Shown here piece by piece: positions 18,800 to 27,443 of a stretch of 64,000 bases of DNA. Below the pieces are notes generated by a model. The model was not told the origin of the DNA. It did not search any database and saw only the letters and a list, made by a program, of their open reading frames with translations. Origin of the DNA: Minisyncoccia bacterium (GTDB taxonomy: Bacteria; Patescibacteriota; Minisyncoccia; 2-02-FULL-40-12; IGHO2-01-FULL-4-A); NCBI GenBank assembly GCA_050015375.1, contig JBEKBN010000002.1, positions 8,339 through 72,338 on the forward strand, written 5' to 3'. The stretch's first letter is position 1, and each line of letters begins with the position of its first letter. Made by a program: the position numbers and the translations under genes.

Positions 18800-19699
18800 T
18801 CACCTTTTGAATGCCTTCATTCCGTTCCACCAGACCAACAAGGGCGAGGCCACGAAAATTGACGAGTAAGCACCCAGAAATATTCCGATGATCAAAGCCA
18901 AAGCAAAATATTTCACCGATTCCCCGCCGAAGAAAAAGATGGCGATCAAAGACAAGAGCGTCGTCAGGTTCGTGTTCAAAGACCGGCTTAAGGTTTGCAT
19001 GATGCTTTTGTGGACGATGTCGCCGAATTTTTCTTTTGAACCGAATCGCAGAACATTTTCCCTAACGCGGTCCAAAACCACGACGCTGTCGGAAACCGAA
19101 TAACCCAGAATGGTCAAAATTGCCGCCACAAAAATTCCGGTAATCTCCACACCCATAAAATGGCCGAGCAAAGCGAACACTCCGATCGGAATTAAAATAT
19201 CGTGAAAAAGTGCGATGATGGTGGCGATGCCCATCGCCCAGGGCGATAAAACTTTCGCCAATTTGCGAAAAACAATGGCCATGTAAACCACGATCGCGAG
19301 CAGGAGGATGATTATCGCCCAAATACTTTTATCCCGCAGATCCTGACCTACGGTCGGGCCGATGGAATCGAAGCTGTTCTCGGTAATTTTTCCGTACCGG
19401 GTATTTAACGTGGTCAATATCGCCTGATGAGCCGCCTCGTCTATCTGGTTCAGGCGGATGATCATGCCGTCAGCGCCGACGGGACTGGCCGAAACATTGC
19501 TGACGCCGCTGATTTCGGAGATGGTTTTGGTCAGATCGTCAGGCGAAGGCATTTTTTTCGGGTCATTGAAAATGAGCTGTATCTCCGAGCCGCCTTTGAA
19601 ATCAACGCCAAAACGCAAACCGAAAACCGCAATGCTGATGATGGCGCCGATGACCAAGGCGGCGGATATGAAAAATACGATTTTGTATGCTGGCTTCAT
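18800..19699 (-). CDS. secF: Protein translocase subunit SecF
   Basis: GVDFKGGS, IGPTVG, LTILGYSVSDSVVVLDRVREN, GAYSSIFVASP. Confidence 0.96.
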   Translation of the reverse strand: MKPAYKIVFFISAALVIGAIISIAVFGLRFGVDFKGGSEIQLIFNDPKKMPSPDDLTKTISEISGVSNVSASPVGADGMIIRLNQIDEAAHQAILTTLNTRYGKITENSFDSIGPTVGQDLRDKSIWAIIILLLAIVVYMAIVFRKLAKVLSPWAMGIATIIALFHDILIPIGVFALLGHFMGVEITGIFVAAILTILGYSVSDSVVVLDRVRENVLRFGSKEKFGDIVHKSIMQTLSRSLNTNLTTLLSLIAIFFFGGESVKYFALALIIGIFLGAYSSIFVASPLLVWWNGMKAFKR

Positions 19700-19701
19700 A
19701 A

Positions 19702-21054
19702 TTAGAATAACTTCTTCCTGTTCTCAAACCACGGACCGGAAAAATAATCCAAAAACGATCTGGTCACGACGGTGGCGCTGAATAAACTGACCAAAACTCC
19801 AATGCCGAGCGTCAGCGCGAAACCCTTGACGAATGAGGTCGTGAAGAAATACAAAACGATGGCGCCAAGAAGGGTCGTCACATGGCCGTCACGGATCGAG
19901 AGCCAAGCTCGCCGGAATCCCTCGTTCATTGATTGCGATAATGTCCGGCCGGCTTTGAGTTCCTCGCGCATTCTGGCGAATATCAAAATATTGGCGTCAA
20001 CAGCCATGCCCAGTGACAAGATGAAACCGGCGATACCGGCAAGAGTCAAAGTCACCGGAATGAATTTGTAAAAAGCCAGAACGATGACGCCGTAAACCAG
20101 CAAGGCCAGAACCGCGATGGCGCCCGGAAGACGATAGTAAAGGATCATGAACAGCGCCACCAAAAGCAAACCGAAGAGTCCGGCTTTCAAAGATTTGTTC
20201 AAAGAATCCGAACCCAACGAAGCGCCGATGGTTTGCTGGGAGATCAATTTTATCGGCACCGGCAAAGCACCGGCATTCATTCGGCCGGCCAGAGTGTTGG
20301 CGTCGGCTGTCGTAAAATTGCCGGTGATGACGGCGTTGCCGTTGGGAATTTCAGATTCAACCACCGGCTCCGATATCGGCTGGCCGTCAAGATAGATGGC
20401 GACACGTTTCCCGATATCGCGTTTGGTTATCTCGTCAAAAAGTTTCGCCCCGTCGGAATTGAGAACCAGATTGACCTGGGGCTTGTATGTCGTTTGATCG
20501 AAAGTTACTGTTGCTTTGACCAATTGCTTGCCGGTCAGACCGGTAGATTTGTAATATGGATCTTCGGTCGAGGTGCCGCCGTTTTTTTGAGCCGCGGCGA
20601 TTATCTCGGCCGACTCGGAAGCGGTTCGTTCTTCTTTGAATTCAAGAAACGGCACCTGGCCGATGATACTGATGGCTTGATTGACATCTTTGATACCGGC
20701 GAGTTCCACGATCAATTGATCACTGCCTTCAACTTGAACCAAAGGTTCCTCAACGCCGTACAAATTAACCCGCCGCTCAATGACATCTTTGACTCCGGCC
20801 ATGGCGCTGGACGGTGACTGGCCACCAAGCTGGGACAAGTCAGCTTTGTAAACCAAATGAGTTCCGCCAAGAAGATCGAGGCCGAGCCGGAATGGCGGGA
20901 CGTTGAAAAAATGCGGGATCTTGAAAGCCGTATTCTGAAGATGAGTAACTGAGTTAAAAAAATCCGCTCCTTTGTTCCAGGCGGTCGGATAGGCGACAAA
21001 AGCCAATATGATGGCACAGACAACTATTATCAGGGAAAGGTATTTATGGTTCAT
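19702..21054 (-). CDS. secD: Protein translocase subunit SecD
   Basis: LGLDLLGG, IERRVNLYGVEEP, AGALPVP, TLTLAGIAGFILSLGMAVDANILIF. Confidence 0.96.
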   Translation of the reverse strand: MNHKYLSLIIVVCAIILAFVAYPTAWNKGADFFNSVTHLQNTAFKIPHFFNVPPFRLGLDLLGGTHLVYKADLSQLGGQSPSSAMAGVKDVIERRVNLYGVEEPLVQVEGSDQLIVELAGIKDVNQAISIIGQVPFLEFKEERTASESAEIIAAAQKNGGTSTEDPYYKSTGLTGKQLVKATVTFDQTTYKPQVNLVLNSDGAKLFDEITKRDIGKRVAIYLDGQPISEPVVESEIPNGNAVITGNFTTADANTLAGRMNAGALPVPIKLISQQTIGASLGSDSLNKSLKAGLFGLLLVALFMILYYRLPGAIAVLALLVYGVIVLAFYKFIPVTLTLAGIAGFILSLGMAVDANILIFARMREELKAGRTLSQSMNEGFRRAWLSIRDGHVTTLLGAIVLYFFTTSFVKGFALTLGIGVLVSLFSATVVTRSFLDYFSGPWFENRKKLF

Positions 21055-21154
21055 CCTGTTGATGGTAAAACTTAGGTGTAAAAATTATCTTACAACAATT
21101 CAAAAACAAAATCAATACTCGCCCCTTTTCTCCCCTTGCTCCCATTTCTCCCCC

Positions 21155-21360
21155 TTTGCCGTGGCGGGTGTTGTCTCTCGGGACATCAAAAAACCCAGCG
21201 AGTTTTTCGCCTCGCTCATTTCTGTGGATTCTGGGAACATGAGAAAATGGCAGGAAATATTTTACCATTTTCTCATGTTGCCAGGCCATGCAATCACGCC
21301 CTCCAAGCCTTCGGGCTCACAGAAATGAGCGCCCTCAAGATAACATCCGCCACCGTCAAG
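21155..21360. repeat. ~200-bp nested fold-back element
   Basis: Arms GTGGCGGGTGTTGTCT/AGATAACATCCGCCAC, GCTCATTTCTGTG/CACAGAAATGAGC and AACATGAGAAAATGG/CCATTTTCTCATGTT. Confidence 0.7.
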
Positions 21361-21503
21361 AAACGACAGCCAGATTCGTAGGAAGTGAGGGGCTCGCAAA
21401 CTTTTCATTTTCACTTTGTCTATTACATCATATAGACGTATTTCCACGATCGTGCCAATATGTCTATATAAAAAGTCAGCTTATTTCCTAGAAATGAGCT
21501 GAT

Positions 21504-21531
21504 AAAAAAGCCCCGGGGTTGAGACCGAGGC
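21504..21531 (-). terminator. Terminator closing the guide-array transcript
   Basis: Minus strand GCCTCGGTC-TCA-ACCCCGGGGC followed by TTTTTT, directly after the last array unit. Confidence 0.65.
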
Positions 21532-21539
21532 AAATGTTT

Positions 21540-22322
21540 TGTGCCAGATGGCAGGCAGGAAAAATCCAATTCAATGGAGCATTGTCGAAAGCCACTAGCA
21601 CGAAAGAGCTAGCCCGCCGGACGGAAAGGATCACAAATCCATAACAAACGGAATGAGGATGCAATCCGCCGGCGGGAAATTGATCGCGCTAGACGGCATC
21701 ATCACAAAATCCTGCTTTTGGAAGGCGACGGAAAGCCGCTAACGCGAAACTGGTCGGACAAGACGGATATGGCGTTAAATCCAATGGATGGAATGGGCCA
21801 CTAATCCGCTTGCCCGATAAATTCTGGCGGGCTGGACGGCACTGCCCTCCAATCTCCTATTGGAGAATATGCCCGCGAGCCGCCAGCCCAAAAAAATTAT
21901 CGCGCTAGCTAGATGGAATTCATGCCGAATCCACGCAAGCTGGATACTGAAACAAATCCACTAACGCGAAAGGGGGTATCCGCCGGACGGAAGTGATTTC
22001 AAATCCGGTATTGGGATTGTTGCTGAAATCCGCCGGCGGGAAATTGATCGCGCTAGACGGCACTGCACTATAATCCTAACCTGGAAAGGCACATCAAGCC
22101 GCTAACGCGAAACTGGTCGGACAAGACGGATATGACCATGAAATCCTTTTCAGGAAAAACTCCTCAAACCGCTTGCCCGAAATTTGGTCACGCTAGATGG
22201 AAGAGGTACCCAATCCAATGGAATTGGACCTTCATCGGAATCCACTAGTGTGAAGACTGATGGCGCTGGACGGAATGGTATTTGAATCCAGATGGAAATG
22301 TGTCGATATCCGCCAGCGCCAT
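21540..22322 (-). ncRNA. TIGR-like stem-loop guide RNA array, 11 units, downstream of the effector gene
   Basis: Units at about 21541, 21613, 21684, 21754, 21827, 21900, 21979, 22048, 22117, 22188 and 22260. Plus-strand pattern: stem-AYGGM-W-N9-AATCC-loop-GGA-N-N9-AAKCC-R-stem', with covarying stems and unique spacers. Confidence 0.85.
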
Positions 22323-22325
22323 AAT

Positions 22326-23327
22326 TCACGGCTCGAGCTTGCACCACTCTTTCCAAATCTTCCGCGCCAGATGAGTTGCCACCCAGCGCCGAGCGGCTTT
22401 GTCGGCCCGCCAGAGAGGAAAACCTTTGCCGAGATAATGCTGTTTCTTCTCGGCATAGACATCCCGCTCATGGCAATCATGGAAATGCAGATTGCGCATG
22501 TATTGGAGAAAACCGTCGAAAAGAAGCGATTCGCGAAGAAGCATTTCCCCCGCCTGTCGACGAACGGCTTTGCCGTTTTTCGGATACAGGCCGGCTGACG
22601 CAATGAAATGATCCCGATTGGCAAATCTTTTCCGCGGGCCGGAGGCGACGATCTTGGAACCGATCTTTGGGCTGATACCTGTGATCTGCCTTAAAACTTC
22701 CTCCCACAGTGGCCGGCCTTTGAGTGAATCATCGACCGCCATCATGAGTTTATCTTCAAGACCTTGAGCATATTCGAGAACTTCTTCAATCCTGGTCCCG
22801 ACTTTCCTGGCCGCTTTTGATTCGGTCAGATGACCAAATGACCGAAGTTTCAGGACTTCTTTTTCAAGAAGAATCAATGTAGCTTGAGTCCCGGTCCGGA
22901 ATCTTTTCTGGAAACGATAGTGGATGCGCACCCACCGCCGCAAAAGATAATCGTCTGCGGTCGGTGGAATATACCGTTTGAAAAGTTTCGGTTTTTTCAT
23001 TGCGGCGTAATGAATTGCTGAAACCGCGCTTGCGCCCTTCGCTATCTTAAGCTTATCTTTTATTTTCTTGAGAGCGGGAGCAAAGATCCGGAAAACTTCG
23101 GCGCCGTTTTTTGCCGCAATGAAAATCAGGGTTTCCGTAACGGTAGTTCCCAAAACATACAATTCATCATCAGTTCCAATTTTGGCAAGAAAATTTGCCT
23201 CCGTCGGCACATTGGGCAAGGACTTCTCAATAAAGAAAGGCGTGAATTTCCCGATTGTTGGTTCGCCATCCTTTTTCCACTGAACAAAATTCGCCTCCTT
23301 CTCCGTATAGTCAACCGCGTATTTCAT
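22326..23327 (-). CDS. Tas-like (IS110/Nop-fold) RNA-guided DNA-binding protein with a degenerate RuvC domain
   Basis: N-terminal KYAVDY RuvC-like first strand, central coiled-coil, then LRQITGISPKIGSKIVA..RFANRDHFIASAGLYP (IS110 Tnp20/Nop-like) and C-terminal ARRWVATHLARKIW. AAGGAG SD; embedded in the dual-spacer array. Confidence 0.8.
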   Translation of the reverse strand: MKYAVDYTEKEANFVQWKKDGEPTIGKFTPFFIEKSLPNVPTEANFLAKIGTDDELYVLGTTVTETLIFIAAKNGAEVFRIFAPALKKIKDKLKIAKGASAVSAIHYAAMKKPKLFKRYIPPTADDYLLRRWVRIHYRFQKRFRTGTQATLILLEKEVLKLRSFGHLTESKAARKVGTRIEEVLEYAQGLEDKLMMAVDDSLKGRPLWEEVLRQITGISPKIGSKIVASGPRKRFANRDHFIASAGLYPKNGKAVRRQAGEMLLRESLLFDGFLQYMRNLHFHDCHERDVYAEKKQHYLGKGFPLWRADKAARRWVATHLARKIWKEWCKLEP

Positions 23328-23345
23328 CTCGCTTCTCCTTTTTGT

Positions 23346-23380
23346 TTACCCCCACATTCATGCATGAGTGTGGGGGTGAA
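23346..23380. repeat. Short palindromic repeat (family also in secA and hpf)
   Basis: TTACCCCCACATTCATGCATGAGTGTGGGGGTGAA. Confidence 0.7.
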
Positions 23381-23431
23381 TCCGCCTCGAACAATCGAGA
23401 ACAGAAATTGGTTTGTTTGTTAAAAAACTGG

Positions 23432-23782
23432 TCCCACCGGACGGAAATTATCTAAAATCCCACATTAGGGAAGTTCATGCAAATCCGCCGGCGGGAAAAT
23501 TGGTCGCGTTAGACGGCACATGCCGATAATCCAATAAATGGATACTCCTCTTTAGCCGCTAACGCGAAAACTGGTCAGGCAAGACGGCAGGCGCTATGGA
23601 TCCAAACAATGGAACGCTGGCCCTAGCCGCTTGCCCGATAAATTCTGGCGGGCTGGACGGCACGGTGTCTCTATCCCAAAGGAAATTTCCATTAAGCCAC
23701 CAGCCCGCACAAATCCTGACTTCATCCATGGACGGAATCGTCAGTTAAGCCAACCCTGGCAATCGAATCGAATCCACCACGG
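23432..23782 (-). ncRNA. TIGR-like stem-loop guide RNA array, 5 units, upstream of the effector gene
   Basis: Units at about 23432, 23504, 23575, 23648 and 23726 with the same architecture; the first four reuse the stem families of the downstream array. Confidence 0.85.
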
Positions 23783-23789
23783 CTTTCCT

Positions 23790-23818
23790 ATAATATACTA
23801 CTTATTTTATTATGTAAA
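23790..23818 (-). promoter_or_regulatory. Putative sigma-70 promoter of the array-effector operon
   Basis: Minus strand TTTACA-N17-TATTAT, ending 7 nt before the first array unit. Confidence 0.6.
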
Positions 23819-23917
23819 GAGTAACAAAAAACGCCCCGGGAGATAGTTTGGAATTATCTCATCGGGGCGGTTCGCGTTGTGAAAACGCGAGGGTTAATAA
23901 AAAAACTGCAAAAAGAG

Positions 23918-24130
23918 CTAGAAGCCGGGATTGGTCATCAGTTGATTGTTAGCGGCAAAGAACCGATGATCCGCATCCAATGGGCCGCAATGTTTGCAAC
24001 TATTTATGTGTTCGGCCAGCTCGGGCGGTAGTGCTTTATTTTCTAGGGGTTTTTGCCCCTCGTTTTTCCAGTGCAATCTGGCCACTTCTACAAGCCTCGG
24101 GCAAACGTCATCTTTCATCACCTTTTTCAT
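23918..24130 (-). CDS. Small protein with a zinc-binding anti-sigma-like (ZAS) HxxxCxxC motif
   Basis: VCPRL...LAEHINSCKHC; probable start MKKVM after GAAGGA; terminator-like hairpin at 23826-23870. Confidence 0.5.
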   Translation of the reverse strand: MKKVMKDDVCPRLVEVARLHWKNEGQKPLENKALPPELAEHINSCKHCGPLDADHRFFAANNQLMTNPGF

Positions 24131-24314
24131 TCCTTCTTCCTTTCTCACTTGAAAAAAACTAAAGAGATCCCGCCGAACAAAAAACCGCTTCTTGACGGCT
24201 TTTGCATGATAACATAGTTAAAATGAAAATGCAATGACGGACTTGACATTGTGTGGTTTATGACATATACTATATACATACTAGACCCTTACCAATCTAA
24301 AGAGGAGACACTAT

Positions 24315-24926
24315 ATGAAAATCGGTATATTTGGCTTGCCCAACAGTGGGAAAAGCCGGTTTCGGCGTTGGCTGGTGAAGAAGTTGCACGAGTTACACGT
24401 CCCGGCTGAACACTGGGATGCGGATCGGTTCAAGAAAGCCCGTTGTCCCGAGGATGCGGATATGAGGGAACCGTCCGACGGTCAAACCGACACCATCTGG
24501 ATAATCGAGGATGTGCGCGGAACTGTCTTGCACAAACCCGGACTCAAAAAAAACGAAAAGGAGGGTTCGTGGAAACCGATCGGTTACTACGATCTCATCT
24601 ATTACCTGAGGCCGTCCTGGCAGACCTACGCTGCGTTCTGGGTTTCTCGAGCCCTTCAATGGCGTAAAATCGGCGCCGGCAATTGGATGAGGGAGTCCGG
24701 ATGGGAAAAACTTGAGGACGACGAGGTAATCGTCCGCAAGGTCAAGTACTTCCTTGACGGTTTTGACAAATGGAAAAGGAAGGATGATATCTTTATCTCC
24801 AACCTCCAAATCCCCGTCAGGGAAATTTTTCCGGAATTGAATGAGAAAGGCGAGATCGAGTGGGTGAATTTCGACAAAAGCGATATCGCCGCGTTCATTC
24901 ATGCGTCACATTCGCCACTCGGTTGA
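24315..24926 (+). CDS. P-loop nucleotide-kinase-like protein
   Basis: MKIGIFGLPNSGKS Walker A and WIIED; GAGGAG SD; TTGACA..CATACT promoter-like site upstream. Confidence 0.7.
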   Translation: MKIGIFGLPNSGKSRFRRWLVKKLHELHVPAEHWDADRFKKARCPEDADMREPSDGQTDTIWIIEDVRGTVLHKPGLKKNEKEGSWKPIGYYDLIYYLRPSWQTYAAFWVSRALQWRKIGAGNWMRESGWEKLEDDEVIVRKVKYFLDGFDKWKRKDDIFISNLQIPVREIFPELNEKGEIEWVNFDKSDIAAFIHASHSPLG

Positions 24927-24984
24927 TTATCCAGCCGCTCAAATCGTTCTTCAATGTTTCAACGGCCCCACCTTGGTGGGGCTT

Positions 24985-25941
24985 TTATTTTTCAGGCAAC
25001 AGACCGATTTGCTTCGTAACGCAGTCAAAAGCAAATTCCGCGTCTTTTTCGTCGCCCATTGCTAAATATTTTATGTAAAATGACTGGGCTCTTTCTAGAA
25101 TTCCGAATTTGACGGCATCAATAAGGTATTCTTTTTCCAGACCGGGCAATTTCCTTGTTTTTTGATATCCGCCGATCAGATGTTTATAATTTTCATAGCT
25201 CCATTTTTTCCAATCCTCGACAAAACACCATCCTCGACAGGCCTGGCCTAAATCCAACAAAAGAAAACCATAATAACTCCTGTCAAAATCAATGACCGCC
25301 GAAATATGACTGTCAGACCAAAGCACGTGTCGTTTTCCCAGATCCTCATGAATCATGCCGCGAGCTAAATCGTTGGGAAAATTAAGTTTATTAATATTTT
25401 CTCCATATTTTTCCAGAAATAACCGTCTTTGAGGAAAATTGCTATTCATGATTTCAGATCTATTTTCAAAAAAATATTTTTTGGTCTCGTTTAGATCAAA
25501 AATGTGCGTTCTATTGAGTTTTGTTTTATAATTTTCAACCAAAGAGTGAAACCGGCCGAGAATCTGGCCAAAAATTTCAATTTGTTCTAGAGTAGGATCT
25601 AGTATTTCTTTTCCTCCGCTGAATTTTCTGATATAACCGTTATGATTTTGCCAAGAAATTATTTGTTGGCCGGTTTTGTCTTTGAGCGCGACCAAAACAG
25701 GAAATTTGTTTTTCTGTAAATATTCAAGCAATTCCAGTTCGGCGGCGATCTCTTCAATGCTTCGCGAACGATGACCTTCCGGGCATAAGCGAAGAATATA
25801 TTTATCAGATGCGGTTTCAATTAAATAACTTATATTTCCACTGGTTGTTAATCTCTCAATTTTAAGAACTTCACCGATATTATATCGGCTGACAATTTCG
25901 TTTAGTTCTTTAGAGGAAATTTGGATGTCAGACATTTTCAA
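24985..25941 (-). CDS. APH/homoserine kinase type II-like phosphotransferase
   Basis: GMIHEDL (HxD), AVIDFD, LLDLG. Confidence 0.8.
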   Translation of the reverse strand: MKMSDIQISSKELNEIVSRYNIGEVLKIERLTTSGNISYLIETASDKYILRLCPEGHRSRSIEEIAAELELLEYLQKNKFPVLVALKDKTGQQIISWQNHNGYIRKFSGGKEILDPTLEQIEIFGQILGRFHSLVENYKTKLNRTHIFDLNETKKYFFENRSEIMNSNFPQRRLFLEKYGENINKLNFPNDLARGMIHEDLGKRHVLWSDSHISAVIDFDRSYYGFLLLDLGQACRGWCFVEDWKKWSYENYKHLIGGYQKTRKLPGLEKEYLIDAVKFGILERAQSFYIKYLAMGDEKDAEFAFDCVTKQIGLLPEK

Positions 25942-25951
25942 TTAGTATCGC

Positions 25952-27409
25952 CTACTCATCCGGCAGTTTTTCTTTTGTCGTATGGGGTTTTTGTTGTTCG
26001 ATCCATTCTTTCACAAAAAGCGTCGCCCGGACATCGTCTTCGTTATATTTCAATATTTTGTCGAGGATCTTTTTGTCGCCGGTTTCCAGCCACTGGTCAT
26101 ACCAGACCACCGACTCGGCGCCGCCGGCATCCTCGGCCTGCCATTTGAAACCAAGATATTGAGCGATGTCTTTCAAGCTGTAAAAATACAAGGGCAAAAC
26201 CGCCGCCTCAATGGCCACTCGGTGAAGGTCAATTGTGTGGTCGCGGAATTTTTCCTGCAATTTCAGGGAAATTCCGTATTTGTTTGACAACCGGTCAAAA
26301 ACTTCCCTTTCATAAAACGAATAATGATAAATCACGAAATCCTCCAGCGATTCCAGATAATCAAGAAATTGATTCCAAATGTCTTGTTCTTTTTGATTAT
26401 CTTTTGCTAGGAAGTATTTGTACTCCGGTTTCGCGGCACTGGTCTTGACCAGTAGTCCCAGAAGATAATCAATCCCCCGCGTTGGATCGGATTCAATATC
26501 AAAATAGATCTCAGTTTTGACTTTGGGCAATTCGGTTTTCTTAAGAATTATCGGCTCGCCCGACATTAAAACATTCGCCTGATTATGAAAACGCAGAACT
26601 TTATCAAACGGCCAATCCTCGAACTTCACTCGAAAATCATTGAGCTCCATGTCGGCGAGTTCTTTGACCGTGTGGATTCCGGCTTCGTAGAGACGACGCT
26701 GGTCGGCTTGGGATAATTTGTAGATGAGCGAAACATCATTGCAACCCTCGGCTTCCTCGACGCACATGTTGTACCACGGCGAATGCTTGCAACCCGATTT
26801 CAGAAACGGCGACGGTTTCTCACCGTCAAGAATTCTCTCAATGGTTTCGCGGGTCAGGTTGAAATAATCCAGAAAGTCATCAATGATAAACGACCGTTCC
26901 TCGCCGTCGGTGTTGATAATATATGCTTCGCGCGGCAAAATCCCCTGAAGTCGTTCCAGAATCAAAGAATAGAAAACCAGCTGGAATTTGTACTCGTCGC
27001 GGATTTCTTTTGTGCTTTTGATGTCATAGACGACATAGTAGTGGTCGCCGAAATTGGAAGTCATGCCTTTTTCCACCGGTCGGGCTTCTAAAAGATCAGG
27101 CATACCGACCCAGTGCTGATCCATCAGCACGCCATGATAAATATTTTTGCCCTGCTTCATTAGCTCAACGGTGGTGAAAAAGGATTCATCCAGATCTTTG
27201 GTCAATTCGGGTGGGATTTCTTCAAAATAGCGCGATCTTAGAACTTCGCGCTCGTGGCGGAGGCCATGTTTGTATATCATATCCAAAAGCGGGGCGGGCT
27301 TGCCTTTTTTGGACGGGTCGCCATAAATGTCGTACCAGATCCAATGCGGACATTGGAAAAATCGGTAGAAATGTTCTCCGGTTAACTTATAGTTTTTAGC
27401 GGCAGGCAT
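25952..27409 (-). CDS. TM0106 family RecB-like nuclease with C-terminal RNase H-like domain
   Basis: GMPDLL..YDIKS (PD-(D/E)xK), IYFDIESDP, IYHYSFYE, YSLKDIA, YNEDDVRAT. Confidence 0.88.
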   Translation of the reverse strand: MPAAKNYKLTGEHFYRFFQCPHWIWYDIYGDPSKKGKPAPLLDMIYKHGLRHEREVLRSRYFEEIPPELTKDLDESFFTTVELMKQGKNIYHGVLMDQHWVGMPDLLEARPVEKGMTSNFGDHYYVVYDIKSTKEIRDEYKFQLVFYSLILERLQGILPREAYIINTDGEERSFIIDDFLDYFNLTRETIERILDGEKPSPFLKSGCKHSPWYNMCVEEAEGCNDVSLIYKLSQADQRRLYEAGIHTVKELADMELNDFRVKFEDWPFDKVLRFHNQANVLMSGEPIILKKTELPKVKTEIYFDIESDPTRGIDYLLGLLVKTSAAKPEYKYFLAKDNQKEQDIWNQFLDYLESLEDFVIYHYSFYEREVFDRLSNKYGISLKLQEKFRDHTIDLHRVAIEAAVLPLYFYSLKDIAQYLGFKWQAEDAGGAESVVWYDQWLETGDKKILDKILKYNEDDVRATLFVKEWIEQQKPHTTKEKLPDE

Positions 27410-27443
27410 GCTTAATTATGCCTTTTTGGAGGGGAAAAGTAAA

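Noticed and set aside
22326-23327. Active IS110/IS1111 insertion sequence with a single bridge RNA
   Set aside because: The DEDD residues and the catalytic serine loop appear lost, no element ends were seen, and there are 16 single-loop units rather than one target-loop plus donor-loop RNA.
21540-23782. CRISPR array
   Set aside because: There are no identical direct repeats with ~30-nt spacers. The variable parts are paired 9-mers inside hairpins, and no cas genes are present in the window.
25952-27409. Cas4-like adaptation nuclease for the guide array
   Set aside because: It has the ordinary TM0106 architecture, is separated from the array by unrelated genes and sits in a housekeeping run; nothing links it to the array.
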